A stretch of DNA of 57,374 nt, counting the filler, from Platydemus manokwari (taxonomy: Eukaryota), in NCBI GenBank assembly GCA_037951405.1. It is 6 parts of 6 records of this genome, joined end to end, with 100 filler letters (N's around TTAATTAATTAA, not from the genome) between each part and the next. Parts side by side here need not be neighbours in the genome. Positions count along the whole stretch, not along the records: positions 1 to 9,843 come from JBBMOY011174544.1; positions 9,944 to 18,760 come from JBBMOY011345094.1; 4 more parts are not named here. The stretch is one strand, 5' to 3'. Numbering within the stretch: the stretch's first letter is position 1; each line of letters opens with the position of its first letter. Made by a program: the position numbers and the translations under genes. Shown piece by piece: positions 1-12,900 of this stretch. Below the pieces are notes generated by a model that saw only the letters and a list, made by a program, of their open reading frames with translations, searched no databases and was not told where the DNA came from.

Positions 1-1905
1 TCCTTATTATTATTAATATTATTATTACTATCACTATTATTGCTATTATTAATGATTGGATAATATTCTCAATAAAATTTGATAATACAATATCTAATCA
101 ACTCACAACATGAATTACATGATAATAAAACACCATAGATGAAATACCAATTTATAAACAATGTCGATATTGTCACAAACATAATCATTTTACATTTTGT
201 ATTTCAAAACGTTCCATATCATATAACAATAATAATAATAATAATTTCTTGAGTTTGTCTAAAGGGAATTTTACCACAAGTTGAAAAGAAAAACAAATCG
301 TCCAACAAGAATTAATATAAATGTCAAGTTCACGGTGATTACAACATTTTGTTTAAATACTAATTCTGTAAAATTTGAAAGAACTTTTAAAACCAATACA
401 ATTTCCGTCATTCCGTATAATGGTGACTATACAGAGCGACTCAACCATCACATTTTTGCTGATAAATTATCATTTTAAATAACAGTATTTTGTTTTAATG
501 TTTACATCAGACATTGAAAAATCAATTTCATATATTTTGCGATAACCAAGAAAACCGGTAAAATATCATGATATATTGTTCCAATATATGAAAGACTGAA
601 TGCAATATATTATATTGACAGATATTGCAAACAATGCGGTGATGGGATAAAGCTAGATCAACATTCGTTAGTAACAACAATATATTTTTACCCCGGCAAC
701 GATGCCAATTCCACCATGTCGAGTGTTGAAAAAAGTTGAATTCAATTGGAGAACAAATTTTACGGAGTAATTCTAAATGGAATCGGTTTATTATCAATAA
801 TTCATTGCCAATGACTTTCAAACAATGGATTTGAGAGAGAAATTGATGTTTCACAAAACCATTGATTTCATCGAATATTACATTGGAATTTTATAGAATG
901 GCTATTTTGGATTTTATTCTCGATGTGCGTCACATAACGATCGTAAGCATAGACGCGTGAATCGACACAACACTTGTTGAAAATGCTCGACGTCGATATT
1001 AGAGCACTTTATTCGATGTGATAATGGATATCAGAATGTGCCGATAAAACTATTGTCAATCCTTACATATTATTTACTGACAGATATATTTGGTTGTCAT
1101 TTCTATTCATCAGAATTGCAGAGCATGTCGTAACAACTGTTTTGTATAAATTGTGATTCATATATTGATTTATGTGTAACTATATTTTTTGAAATAAAAT
1201 TGTAGTGAATGAATCAGAATTAAAGATAAAAAGGCTTTAATCAATAAAAGACAATAATAATCATAACCATAATAGTATATTATTTCTAATATTAGCTTTT
1301 CAAACAAACGATTACGTAATCTACATAATAAGAAAAAACTCAGTTATGCTAAACAACTTTTAAAGGCAACTAAAAATTATTTTTACAAAGACATCAACTG
1401 TATTGTCAATTATTTGTTGTAAAATAAAGAATATAATTAAAATATCAGAGCTAACTATTGAGATTATAATAAAATGACTACAGATTTGGGAACAAAACAT
1501 CTTTGAACCAAACAATTAATAAGCCAATCAAAATCTCGGGAACCCATAATTCATAAGAATTAATTCATTACGATACTCTAATTTTAACTTGGTATTATGA
1601 TATGAATAGGACTATCTAAAATATATGTAGTAAATCAATGAATGGAGTTATTATAAAATTTATTCGATGCTTAAAATAGCAATGGAAATGAACTGATATA
1701 ACAAATCACAAACTCACAACAGCCTACGTATTTTGTTTTTGTTGACGTTAATTGATGGAAATAGTTCCCAATCTCAAGGGAAACTTATCATATTAAAACG
1801 ACTCCAAAATCAATGCCCATCAACACCGCAGGGAAATGATATGATTTACTAATAAAAAACAAGTCCCCAAATCAATAGCTACCATTCTAATTTAATGTTG
1901 AATTG

Positions 1906-2124
1906 TTATCCAAGAATTACATTTGTTTCTTTAATTTTTCGTTGGTTTTTATCATATATTGTCATACATGGAACACTTACGTTCACCGGTTTGTGATGTC
2001 GTAACGATGCAGTCGCAGAACAATTGACCAAATCAGTGGTGGATAAGGAATTGCCTTGATTGTCAGTATTGTCAGTCGGATATTGGTGCATCATATTGGA
2101 CTGTATGACCGATCTAGGCATTGT
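1906..2124 (-). CDS. Possible terminal coding exon of an unidentified gene
   Basis: Acceptor ttttctAG lies directly before a 72-codon open frame (TMPRSVIQSNMMHQYPTDNTDNQGNSLSTTDLVNCS...KETNVILG*), which is more GC-rich than its flanks. No homology recognised. Confidence 0.3.
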   Translation of the reverse strand, partial: TMPRSVIQSNMMHQYPTDNTDNQGNSLSTTDLVNCSATASLRHHKPVNVSVPCMTIYDKNQRKIKETNVILG

Positions 2125-5100
2125 CTAGAAAATTATTGATTAAATTCTCTCACGACAAGAAACGATCAACGTCAACCCAAATGAAATTAATGAATACAGC
2201 AATTTATCATATAAAAGCACACAGATCCTCTTTAATTCTTTCGTTCCAATCTCAACATTAATATCAATTTATGTGATCTTGAAGAGATGGGGAAACAATT
2301 TCTTTTTTCATAAAAAAGAGCTAAATGAAATAATTTCAACGAACGCCAATAAATTAAAAAATCTTGGTACTGGGCTTCTTCAATGAGTAATGACAAACAT
2401 TCCCATAATGATATTGGTTTCGTGGATAGATATCCAACTGACGAACTGATAGGACATCTACTCTCGGGATTGAATTCTCCTAGGAGGCGAAAAATATCGA
2501 AACCAATGAAGTGAAAATCAAACATCATTTTTCCTGATGGAGAATTTATTCACTAATTATTTTGTTTTATTTTTTGATGTGTTCTCGGTGTGATTTGATA
2601 TCGGTTTTTATTATTTAGAAAATATGAGACAAAATCTGATTCCCGAGTTAATTAAAGAACGCCAGTATAATGGACAGTTAAAATCGACAATGAGAGATGT
2701 GTGGCATTGCACCTACATGCCTAATCACAGTTGGTAATTACACGCACGCACAAACACACACACACACAGACGTGAAATACAAATTGCTATTCGATCAGAA
2801 TTTTTTGAATAGTAGAATCAGAATTAGGCCGATCGATTATTCAATCGTGATTTAATTATTCCGATGGAAAGAATCGATAATCCCATTGCATAATTTGAGA
2901 TGTTTTACGCTAAAATATCGATGTTTTAATATTTTAGAAATCATCCTCTGTTTTATTATCAAAATCCTCATGCGGAAATTGCAACAATCCCATAGATAAT
3001 GTCAACACCCGCGTTAAATATGTTTTCATTAAATTTTCAACAACATTTTAACGATTTTCAGTAATATTTTTTTCCCTCGATGTTCCATCAGTCATTTGTA
3101 CGAAATTAGCACGATATAGTGTTTGTGTTTGAAACCAGGTGAGAGAAGACAGGGTGTGAGGAGCACAAAAAACCGATTTGGGTTTTTTTTTCCTCACTGA
3201 AAGTTTTCAGCTTATTAAAAAAAATGCGTAAAAAGTTGATTTCAAAAATATTTTCTCCATCGATTGTCGTTTGAAAAAATTTTCTCTGTCACCCCCTGAC
3301 GATAGGACGAATGTTGGACTTGATTTAGTTTTTCACGGGAAATTAATCAAATGGACGCCGATATATTCACTGAATCGAAAACCAAAAGGGAGAAAAGAGT
3401 GAACTATTTGGGTAAAATAAACAAAACACATTCGTATTGGTTATATTTATTTGTTTCGTCATTGATAACAATGGATAAAACAAAACAACCGTGACACAGT
3501 ATACCGATGGCAATATATATTTTAAAAAATTGATGGATTATTGATTAAAATGAATATTTTTATTGGTTAACTATATTGGCGATTGCTTGAGGAATCGATG
3601 ATATTTTTCCCAGTGTTTTCTTTTGTACGAGCTTTTGAATGAAATATTTTTGACTTGCTCTAATTAAATCATGTTGCAAAGCTTTGATATATTTTTTGCG
3701 TTTGTCAAAATGAAATGAACATCAAACAAAGATCTTTCATTGAATGTTGATAAAATAAGTGTTTCCTTTTCTCTGTGGGAAAAAAATATATGATAAATTG
3801 TATTGATATTTGTAGAATAAGATCGATACACACACATTTGATGATGATGAACCATTGAATGATCGAAACAAGTGTGTGAATTGTAAATATTGTTTTCTGA
3901 TGATTTATCAACCTATTACTGTTAAAGGGGCAAAATATTTACTGTGACACAAGAAACGATAAAACAAATGAGGAAGAAAAATTAAAAGGACACATAAAAT
4001 AATGAAGTTCTATTTAAAATGCATTATGGCTACAAGCATTTACCATCAGCTATTCGCCAAACACTTTTAGTTCTTTCAACTAAATTAGAAAAGGATTTGT
4101 TCTAAGCTGGTGAAACAGGTCTTCTGACTGAGTTAATAAGGCAGACCAGGATAATTTATTCACCTTCCACGAAAAGATTTATTCACCAATTTTCAAAATT
4201 TTGAAACGAGATATGCATGAATGCCTTCAATATTTTCCCAATTGTTTCCATGGGCTCCTTATTTTACCAAATATATATTCCCCTTATTATGATGAATATG
4301 CTTAGATGATTATTTTATAAGAAATACTTTTTTGTTTTGGATTCTAATGATAATTTATTTTTATTCGACCTGATAGAAAATGTACCTTTTTTGTGGAAAT
4401 GTGCTTCAGATCACTTAATATCCTTCAATCAATCTTTACATAAGTATGAATATGAAACTTATCATAACAGATTTATTCGCATTTATTCATTAACTGATGA
4501 GTAGAGTAATTTTCGATACGAATTTTAACTATGAAAATCAATTCTCCAATTTCCTTTCAAAATTCTTCCTCTAGCACTTTCTTTAGAAATATCTCATTCC
4601 TTGATTTTTTTTAACATCCGTACCTTCATTCCTTACTATGACGCAAAAAAATAGTTCACATAAAAGGAAACTTAAATTCATCCAAACGCACAATTGGTTC
4701 TTCAAAATAAGAACCAGAACTTCCTGTGGGGGTTTTGAATTTGTTGTTAAAATTAGATAAACAATTTTTATCAAACAAACTGAAGCGACATCGATTTTAA
4801 GGAAATGTTAAATCTGATTTGAAAGACGGGGGTGAACATTTTTGGAAAATAATAATAATATTTATTATTATTAATAATAATTTTTAAAGGTTATTATAAT
4901 AATCGAATTATTTTGTGACTATTTGAAAATCAATAAATATTTAAATGATAATTTTAAATAAAATGATCAATTTTATTTTGTTTAAATATATTGATTGAAT
5001 ATACTTTTGTGGTTTGAAGTTTAAAGATTCGTATTGAATTCATGTTTAAAGAAATTGAAGTTATCGATATGAAATGAACATTAATTTGTGCCAATTTAGA

Positions 5101-5924
5101 AAATATCGATCATAATCAACATATGGGTGATAATTTTGACACTAATCTTTAATATCACGGTCCGTAATACTCATCATGAATAACGAAATAGTTTAAGTAG
5201 CCAAGACGTCTTCAACACAACCGCTCGTTTTGATCTTTCAAATATTCTAATATCGCGCCAATATTTTTGCATTTAGTTTTGTGAATATCAAGCTTCAGAT
5301 AAGTTTGTTCCAATATCAATATAACAGCCATAACAGCTCAGCACACACACAGATCTCTATTAGATACACACATACACCAGACCATAATCATATATGAAAG
5401 GAAATGGTCAACCTATTTGTTATTAATTATATTGGCTCGCAATATTTCGCTCTTTGAAATTCATTTCCTTAATAAACTCATCTGACAGAATTCATCTAAA
5501 ATCGAAAAAAAGAAATTGTGACAGAAATTATCATTTCAAAAGCAGCTTTGTATAACTCTATTAATTTAAGTTTGGCCAGTGTCATTATCGTTACAAAGAG
5601 TGACTATTTCTCTGATGGCGTCAAGAGGCTACGACAGCAGGCAAGTGTTAAAAATAAAATGATACACTATAGATGTGAATTTGGAAATGAAATGTTTCTA
5701 TTATTTGTTAAAATAGTTTCTATGGGTATTTTAATGTAGATGAAAAATAATTATTTTGGCATATAATTTTATTCTGATCGATATATAATACAAAAATGTA
5801 TTATTATAATGAATTAATAATATTATGATCATTATTATTATTATTATAATTATTTATTAATATTATCATTATTATTATCAGTTAGATAATATTGCTTATA
5901 AGAAAGATATTTCATTGAATAAGT

Positions 5925-6920
5925 GCATAAAAGATAATGGCCCAATTTTTATGGCTTATCGATTTGCCTTGGGACTAACAGATTTGATCAAGCACGAGAT
6001 CCCCACAACAAGGGAACTCATTGCACAGGACCGCTAAAGGCAACCAAAAAATTTAGGAACCAAAATTCAAGAGTTGATAGAAAATCTTTCAGAAAGTAAT
6101 GTCGCAACTGCTTCCAAAAGGCCTTGGAATTCTCCATTGGTCGATGTTCCTCAGAAAGTTGGATTGATCAGAATGTGTTTAGACTTCAGAAAATTAAACG
6201 AACAAACTGAAAATTTTCTTTTCCGGTGCCTGGTATCCAAACTTTATTGGACTCAGTGTATGGCACAACATTCTTCTCCATGATAGATTTAAGCCAGGTA
6301 TGGTGCTTCAAAATCACGCTCACTGATCGAGATAGAGTCTTCGAAAGAAGGGAAATGAAGGAATTAGCAATAAGTTTTGGAATAAAACAAGAATTAACCT
6401 CCTCATACCAACATCATGCAAATGACCTAGCCTAAAGGATAATTAGGAGGGTCCGGGACATGGTGGTAAAAACGTTGGCATCAGAAAAAACTGGCTTGGG
6501 ATAAATTAATACCTTCGACAGTATTTATCATCAATGCAACATATCAAAGCTCAATTCGACATTATCCTTTTGAAATTTTGTTTGGACAACGAATTAATAT
6601 GCATGGGTTACGGTTAAATGAACCAAGCCACCACGACAAGATCGTCAAAGAAACAGAGAACCAGTTAAAATCGGTGGGTACAAATTTAAGAAAATTTGAT
6701 GCTGAAAAAAGAGGTTGTCGAATTTTCGCGGCTGAAGAAGAAGTTTTAGTAAAGAAAGAATCACACAAGATAAAGAAGAACGGAGATAGTTATGAAAGTC
6801 ATCACATAATTTTGAAATTTTTAATCCCACATTAAGTTCTTCTTGATTTCCAGGGACAGACAAAACCTCGAATAATTCAATGACTGAAAAGGATCTCAAA
6901 AACAATGTGAGAGGCAAATA
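5925..6920 (+). mobile_element. Ty3/Gypsy LTR retrotransposon pol relic, internally deleted (RT N-terminus fused to integrase core and C-terminus)
   Basis: RT start LGLTDLIKHEI...PWNSPLVDVPQKVGLIRMCLDFRKLNEQT...FFSMIDLSQ is followed immediately by integrase core LTDRDRVFE...FGIKQELTSSYQHHANDLA*R...INATYQSSIRHYPFEILFG. Frameshifts and stops are present. Confidence 0.9.
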
Positions 6921-7236
6921 AGGTAATATTGGAAGTTCAATTTGTTTAAATATTCTGAACAACTTGCTTTTTCAAATTTTAATAAATCTTTGTAATGGAA
7001 TTAAAGGACGTTTTTACTNNNNNNNNNNNNNNNNNNNNNNNNNNNNNNNNNNNNNNNNNNNNNNNNNNNNNNNNNNNNNNNNNNNNNNNNNNNNNNNNNN
7101 NNNNNNNNNNNNNNNNNNNNNNNNNNNNNNNNNNNNNNNNNNNNNNNNNNNNNNNNNNNNNNNNNNNNNNNNNNNNNNNNNNNNNNNNNNNNNNNNNNNN
7201 NNNNNNNNNNNNNNNNTTGCTATGACTCAAACATAC

Positions 7237-9544
7237 CGGCCGAATTGTATCTGTCAGTTTTCAACGCCAACTCTGCATATTTATCAGCCTGTTGGAGATT
7301 CCCTTCAAGAAAATAAAGAAACGATAAATTAGTCGATGCTGCTGAGGCGACTTTAGTATCTTTTCGTTCGAAGGATTTCAATGTTTCGATTGCCTGAACA
7401 TATCCATTTTAAAAACCAAATCATGTGATGAAATGAATATCAACAATATTTGTTTCGGGAAACATGAGCAAATAGATAATCGAAATATTGTTGTGCAAAT
7501 ATTTATGGTTTTAATATAATGATTTATTATTAAAATTGACAAATATTTACAATAATTTTTTGTTTAAACTTATCCAAGTTTTCAAAAATACGCAATAAAT
7601 AGTTTAACGAAATATTTGATTTTAAAACAATCCATCACAATCAGATAAGCGGTGATCAACAATCTTGCTTACTATATTTCATTCCTATTTTATTTCAACG
7701 ATTTATTTACCAGATATAAAATTACATTTTCTGTATTTGATTTGAAAAAACATCAAAATTTAATGGAAAAAACATTTTTTATTTTATTAAACCGCCAAAC
7801 TACAAAGACAATTCTATCACAATTTATAAATATATGGGGTTCGCTGAATTTATTAGAAAATTAATGTACTGCGATCCCAGTCCAGTTTAGGATAAAATGA
7901 AATTTCATTCTATTATTTCTGAAAGAGAAAAAGATTCATTGTTTAAATTTCGTAGAATTTTGTGTTTCCTTGAACACCATTTTTTTGTTTTAATAGTTTC
8001 AAATTATCCAAAGTTTGACTCTTTACTTTCGAAAATAGGTGATTCAAAGCTAATGCGAAATTCACTCGATGAGAGATTCTGGTCATTACTTATATTGAGT
8101 CGCATTTCAACTGTCCATAAAAGAAATTTCAATTTGTTCAGTGATGTTAACGAAATAAAATACTACTTATTAATTGATTATCGATTAAGTTGACATTAAA
8201 ATAAATGATATTAGCTCACCAGAGAGCTATTTATAGAATGTAATTTGGAAATGTGAATTGATTTTCATTCATAAATATTTATTTATATTTGTACATATTG
8301 TTAACGTAAACATTTTGAACATTGACGAAATAAACTTGAACAAATGCCAATTGAGGAATTTAGTTTTTTAAATACACGTTTGTCAGAACATGTAAAAATA
8401 TCAATTTAAATAGATAAAATGCGGAAAGACCAAAATTTATCATTATAAGCAAATATATTTATATAGGTGTTGATCGATGAAATAAAAATTATTTCACCGT
8501 TAAAAGTAACAAACAATGGAATACATATTTTTCAATTTTATCACTAATAATCAAAAATATTCTTAATTTACTTGCAGATTTACTCACTATGAACCATTGA
8601 AAGCAATAAAAATGGATTGGAATAGTAGATGATCACATTTATCTTGCAAATCACTTATTGGATTCTATTACATTATTGAGGAAAAACAGCAGAATGATAG
8701 AGAATATGGAAATAAAACACATTATTAACGATTGTTAATGACCGTTTGAGTGGATATATAATATAAAATCTTCAACGTATTACCCATGGCGTCTTATTAT
8801 ATTTTTTTAATCAAAATATCAGCTCCACTGATAGATATATGCGGTTTCATTTGGTGAATCAGTATTTATAATGATCTATAATCAATTATTCAATATAATT
8901 TTAAACAATCCAGGTTTCATTAATAATTGGTTTGGTATGGTTTTGTATTTCTTCTCAATCAATTTTTCGATAAATAAATGAGTAGATAAATCAATTTACC
9001 AGTTAACTAATCTATAGTTCAATAAATTCATCGATTAAATGATCATTCTCAAACGTATACGTTTGGCAAATCAGCGTTGTTTTATTGTTGAAAATCGAAA
9101 TCAATTTTAACGGTATAATGGTTGAAAATATGATTCATCATTTCAAGCATAACAAATGAATAAAGATAACAAAAACTAAACATCAAACATTGCAAAATAA
9201 AATAGCATAAAGAGACGCTGGAAAATCCCATCAAAGCCCATAATCTCACCTTTAAATGTAGAGAACCGTTGGAACCCTGATTTACAAAGACAATATAAAC
9301 AAACATTGTAAAAGTGATTAAAAATAAATAAATAATAATCAATATTTATGTTAATACTTGATTGAAATCTTTCTGTTTGAGATACATGATTGCTTTATCG
9401 ATTTCAAGACAATGTGCAACTTCATTGTAGAGTGACATTTTCACTTGATCTATACACCAATCATATCCAATACTGAAATTCGTTTCTATAGCAGGAGCAA
9501 TGATTTTAGCACCCATTTTAATACAATTTTCGGCAATTGTTTTT
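7237..9544 (-). CDS. IFT88: Intraflagellar transport protein 88, two internal exons (9358-9544 and 7237-7393); gene incomplete in this contig
   Basis: Exon 9544-9358 reads KTIAENCIKMGAKIIAPAIETNFSIGYDWCIDQVKMSLYNEVAHCLEIDKAIMYLKQKDFNQ. Exon 7393-7237 reads AIETLKSFERKDTKVASAASTNLSFLYFLEGNLQQADKYAELALKTDRYNSA. These match consecutive IFT88 TPR-region sequence, with AG/GT boundaries and compatible phase 0. Confidence 0.93.
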
Positions 9545-9772
9545 CTAAATAAGTTATCAATATTATAAATATATTTATAATATAAAATAATAATCGATTT
9601 CATAAGAATATAAGTGATCATAGACTTTAGAGAATTGCTAATATAAAATAAATTATATATTTAAATATAATTATAAAATGATTATTATGTTAATGTTATT
9701 TTAATTATTAAAAGGGATTCATGAGTGATTTTATTAATTCTGAAAATTTAAATGATGCAACTCTCGTTAATA

Positions 9773-9843
<71 letters not shown>
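9773..9843. repeat. (AAT)n microsatellite at contig end
   Basis: Perfect AAT run of about 23 units ending at the spacer. Confidence 0.95.
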
Positions 9844-9943
9844 NNNNNNNNNNNNNNNNNNNNNNNNNNNNNNNNNNNNNNNNNNNNTTAATTAATTAAN
9901 NNNNNNNNNNNNNNNNNNNNNNNNNNNNNNNNNNNNNNNNNNN
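9844..9943. other. Artificial contig-joining spacer
   Basis: N44-TTAATTAATTAA-N44, exactly 100 bp. Confidence 0.97.
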
Positions 9944-12900
9944 GTATATATTTAAAGATAACAGATTATCAGAAGAGAAGTACTCTAACCTAATTTCATT
10001 ACTATGGCTTCATTTTATAATTAAATCTATAACTACATTTTTGTTAATTTCACGCCAAAATTTATTCATATCAAATTGTTAATTTTAGAGAGTGATTGTG
10101 TGACCTAATTGGATCTCATTTTTGTTTCATCACTGTGGTTGCAAATGACTCGGTTTCCTAGATTGATGGAGTACGTGGAAAGGTTAAAACCAAAATTTTA
10201 AAGCTGTAAAACATTCAATAAAAGGGATAATTGATTTTATAGGTTTTATCTAAGTCGAGTTAGAAATTAAGTAATAGATCAGATATTAATTTTGTTTTTA
10301 TTTTGTAATTATGGTCTTTGGTGTTGTCACTTTAGTTTTGAACAAGAAATAAGAAACGATGTTGAAATCGTCAAATTTTGTTTCTTAATAAATTATTTGT
10401 GATCCTTAATTTTAATTTTATAAAAATATTTATCAGTTTGTGCCGCTTGATTTACTGAGGGAGTTTCTATGACGACAGAATTTTTTGTATGTACCCTGTA
10501 CAAGTAAAAATAAAAATTACATTTTTTATGTCGAGTAGCGGCAATGTAGAATAGTAAAACTAAGTTCCTATTCTAATCACAGAGCTTCATTAACATTTGT
10601 GAAATTTTCATTGGTAGATTTCTCTTAAATATGCAAGAAATCTTTATACGATTTCCGCAGCTACATGCTTTCAACCTGTATCAAACCTGACAATAAAAAT
10701 GTATATTTATTTTAATTGTGAATCTACTTAACTAATTCCTAAAATATCTAAATAACCCAATGTTTATAGTTCCTGTAATAAATATATCAAGTATCTTTCG
10801 ATTTACATCTCGAATTAAAATAAGAAGTCCTTGATTTCATTTACCTCCTAAATGGTATACTTTAATACAGATTTTATTTAATTTTTGATTTCAAACTGCT
10901 AAAATTGTTTTCAGATAATAAAATCAAAAATTCAATATTTTTAATCAATATATAATCATACTATTTTTAATATTAATTCAACAAATTAAAACTTTTATTT
11001 TAGGATTCCTTTTCGTAACTTTATTTTCATTTTTATGGTTATTATTTTGTAAAATATCACAATAAACCTCACTTAAAACTCATCTGACAGATCATTTATT
11101 GAATACACTAATTTTTGATTTCATAACAAAGTACGAATATTTAGTTAGCTATTTGCAGTCACCTCTCTTTGTTTGATGCTTTCAATCGGTCTTATTATGA
11201 ATTGTAAATCAATGAATAATTCCTTTTTCTTTAATGATAAACTTCTAACAAAGATCGTAATTTATGTTGTTTTAACGATTCTCTTAATCATTTTGGATAG
11301 TCGGTAGATTTTGTGTGATATTTTCGTTGCCATAACTACATCTTTTTATAAAAAGGCATCACAATACTTATTAAATTTTTAATGTCAAATATTAAATGTC
11401 AATTCTCTATCTTTCCATTAATGCTTGAGTTGTAACATGCAAAAACATGCACAAAACTAAGCAGAGTTTTTGAAGTTGTTTTATAAATAATTCAACAGTT
11501 TGTAAAGATGGTTATTATAGTCATAGAAATGAGCTTTATCAATTCCAAAAGATAGTCTATCAATGGATAATCTGTTCATGAATTCCAATTTATCGAACGA
11601 CTGAGTCTACTGACAGTAGTATTGATCCTTACGAGCCAATGATGATCGTATGGATAGTTACACGATATCCTAGCTTTTGTTGTAGTTATTTTAATCTGTT
11701 AGCGACTTATGGCGTTGGAGAATTTTGATTTTGAGTTTTAATTTCATGTCATCAAATATGTTACAATGGATTTTTAGTGGAATAATTCTAAAATATGAAT
11801 TCATCAAATAATACCGGATCGATAAGCAGCAGAACAACGTCGAACGAGTTGTTTAATAGTTTCACCACAAAATATAAAAGAAAAATTGTTAATTTAAATA
11901 ATTGTTTAATTATAATTTATCGAAAATATTATATGTAATTCATCAACATTCTATTTTTATATTTGTTTGTTTTAATGAATGCGATAGACAACATTATTTG
12001 AGACTGGAAATAAAAAATATTTATTAAGATTATTTTCGCATTGATTTATACATTGTTTGATTGTTTCAATGTCGATTATAATAGAAGGCAGTTTTTGTTT
12101 TTTTTTAAAATTGAAAAATCGAAATTTCAGTTTTTTTAATTTTAATTCAATATAATTTCAAATGCCAAAATTTAAAATCATTCTCATAAATCATTGATGG
12201 TTTTCAATTTGTTTTACTTTATCCAAATAAATTGACACGAATGCATCATTCAGATTATCAAAACTTTGAACAATATATTGGTTATCGATTGATATTATTA
12301 TTATTTTTATAATAATAATAATTATTATTTTTGTTATCATGTTTGCTCTTTTCACTGCTATTGCTATTACTATTATTACTAATAGTTTATTATTAATAAA
12401 ACATTATATATATATATATATATATTGAAAGTAACAATAAAAGATAATTGATTCCATATCTAACATTATTGTCTGCTATTAGTATTCGCGATAATTTATT
12501 ATTTTTCCTTCAACAACTCTCCTTGAAGTGATTTACGAAAATTTCTTACTTTAGAATAATGCTTAAACAAAAGGAAATTAATAACTGATTCGAGGTCAGC
12601 AGTTTATAATTTAATTAGGAAAGAAAAATAAATTACTATTCTTCAATTATCTTTACGGTATAAAAAATTGCTAAAGAAAATTGAAAAAAAAATTTGTTTT
12701 TGTTTGAATTATTTGATGATGTTGATAAATTGCACTTTTACTGATGAATAGTAATCGACTATTGTCAGGAAAAACGAAGTATTTTGCGACGGTAATATTT
12801 TCTCACAAAAGCTTAACAAAATTAACAGCCCTTGTCGATTTATAATCGACATGATAATGCTATATAAACTGAAATCGAAAAGAACCATGTAAAATTGTAG

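Noticed and set aside
150-1000. CRYCHKHNH zinc-knuckle-like stretch and TGA-interrupted frames suggesting a gag relic or an alternative genetic code
   Set aside because: No further retroelement motifs could be confirmed. Conserved genes in the window use the standard code, with TGA as the TMEM144 stop.
9888-9899. Recurrent palindrome TTAATTAATTAA as a biological motif
   Set aside because: It is always centred in exactly 44+44 Ns, so it is an assembly linker.
10577-10675. Possible terminal exon LKACSCGNRIKISCIFKRKSTNENFTNVNEAL* (minus strand)
   Set aside because: It is short, has no recognisable homology, and no upstream exons could be linked.
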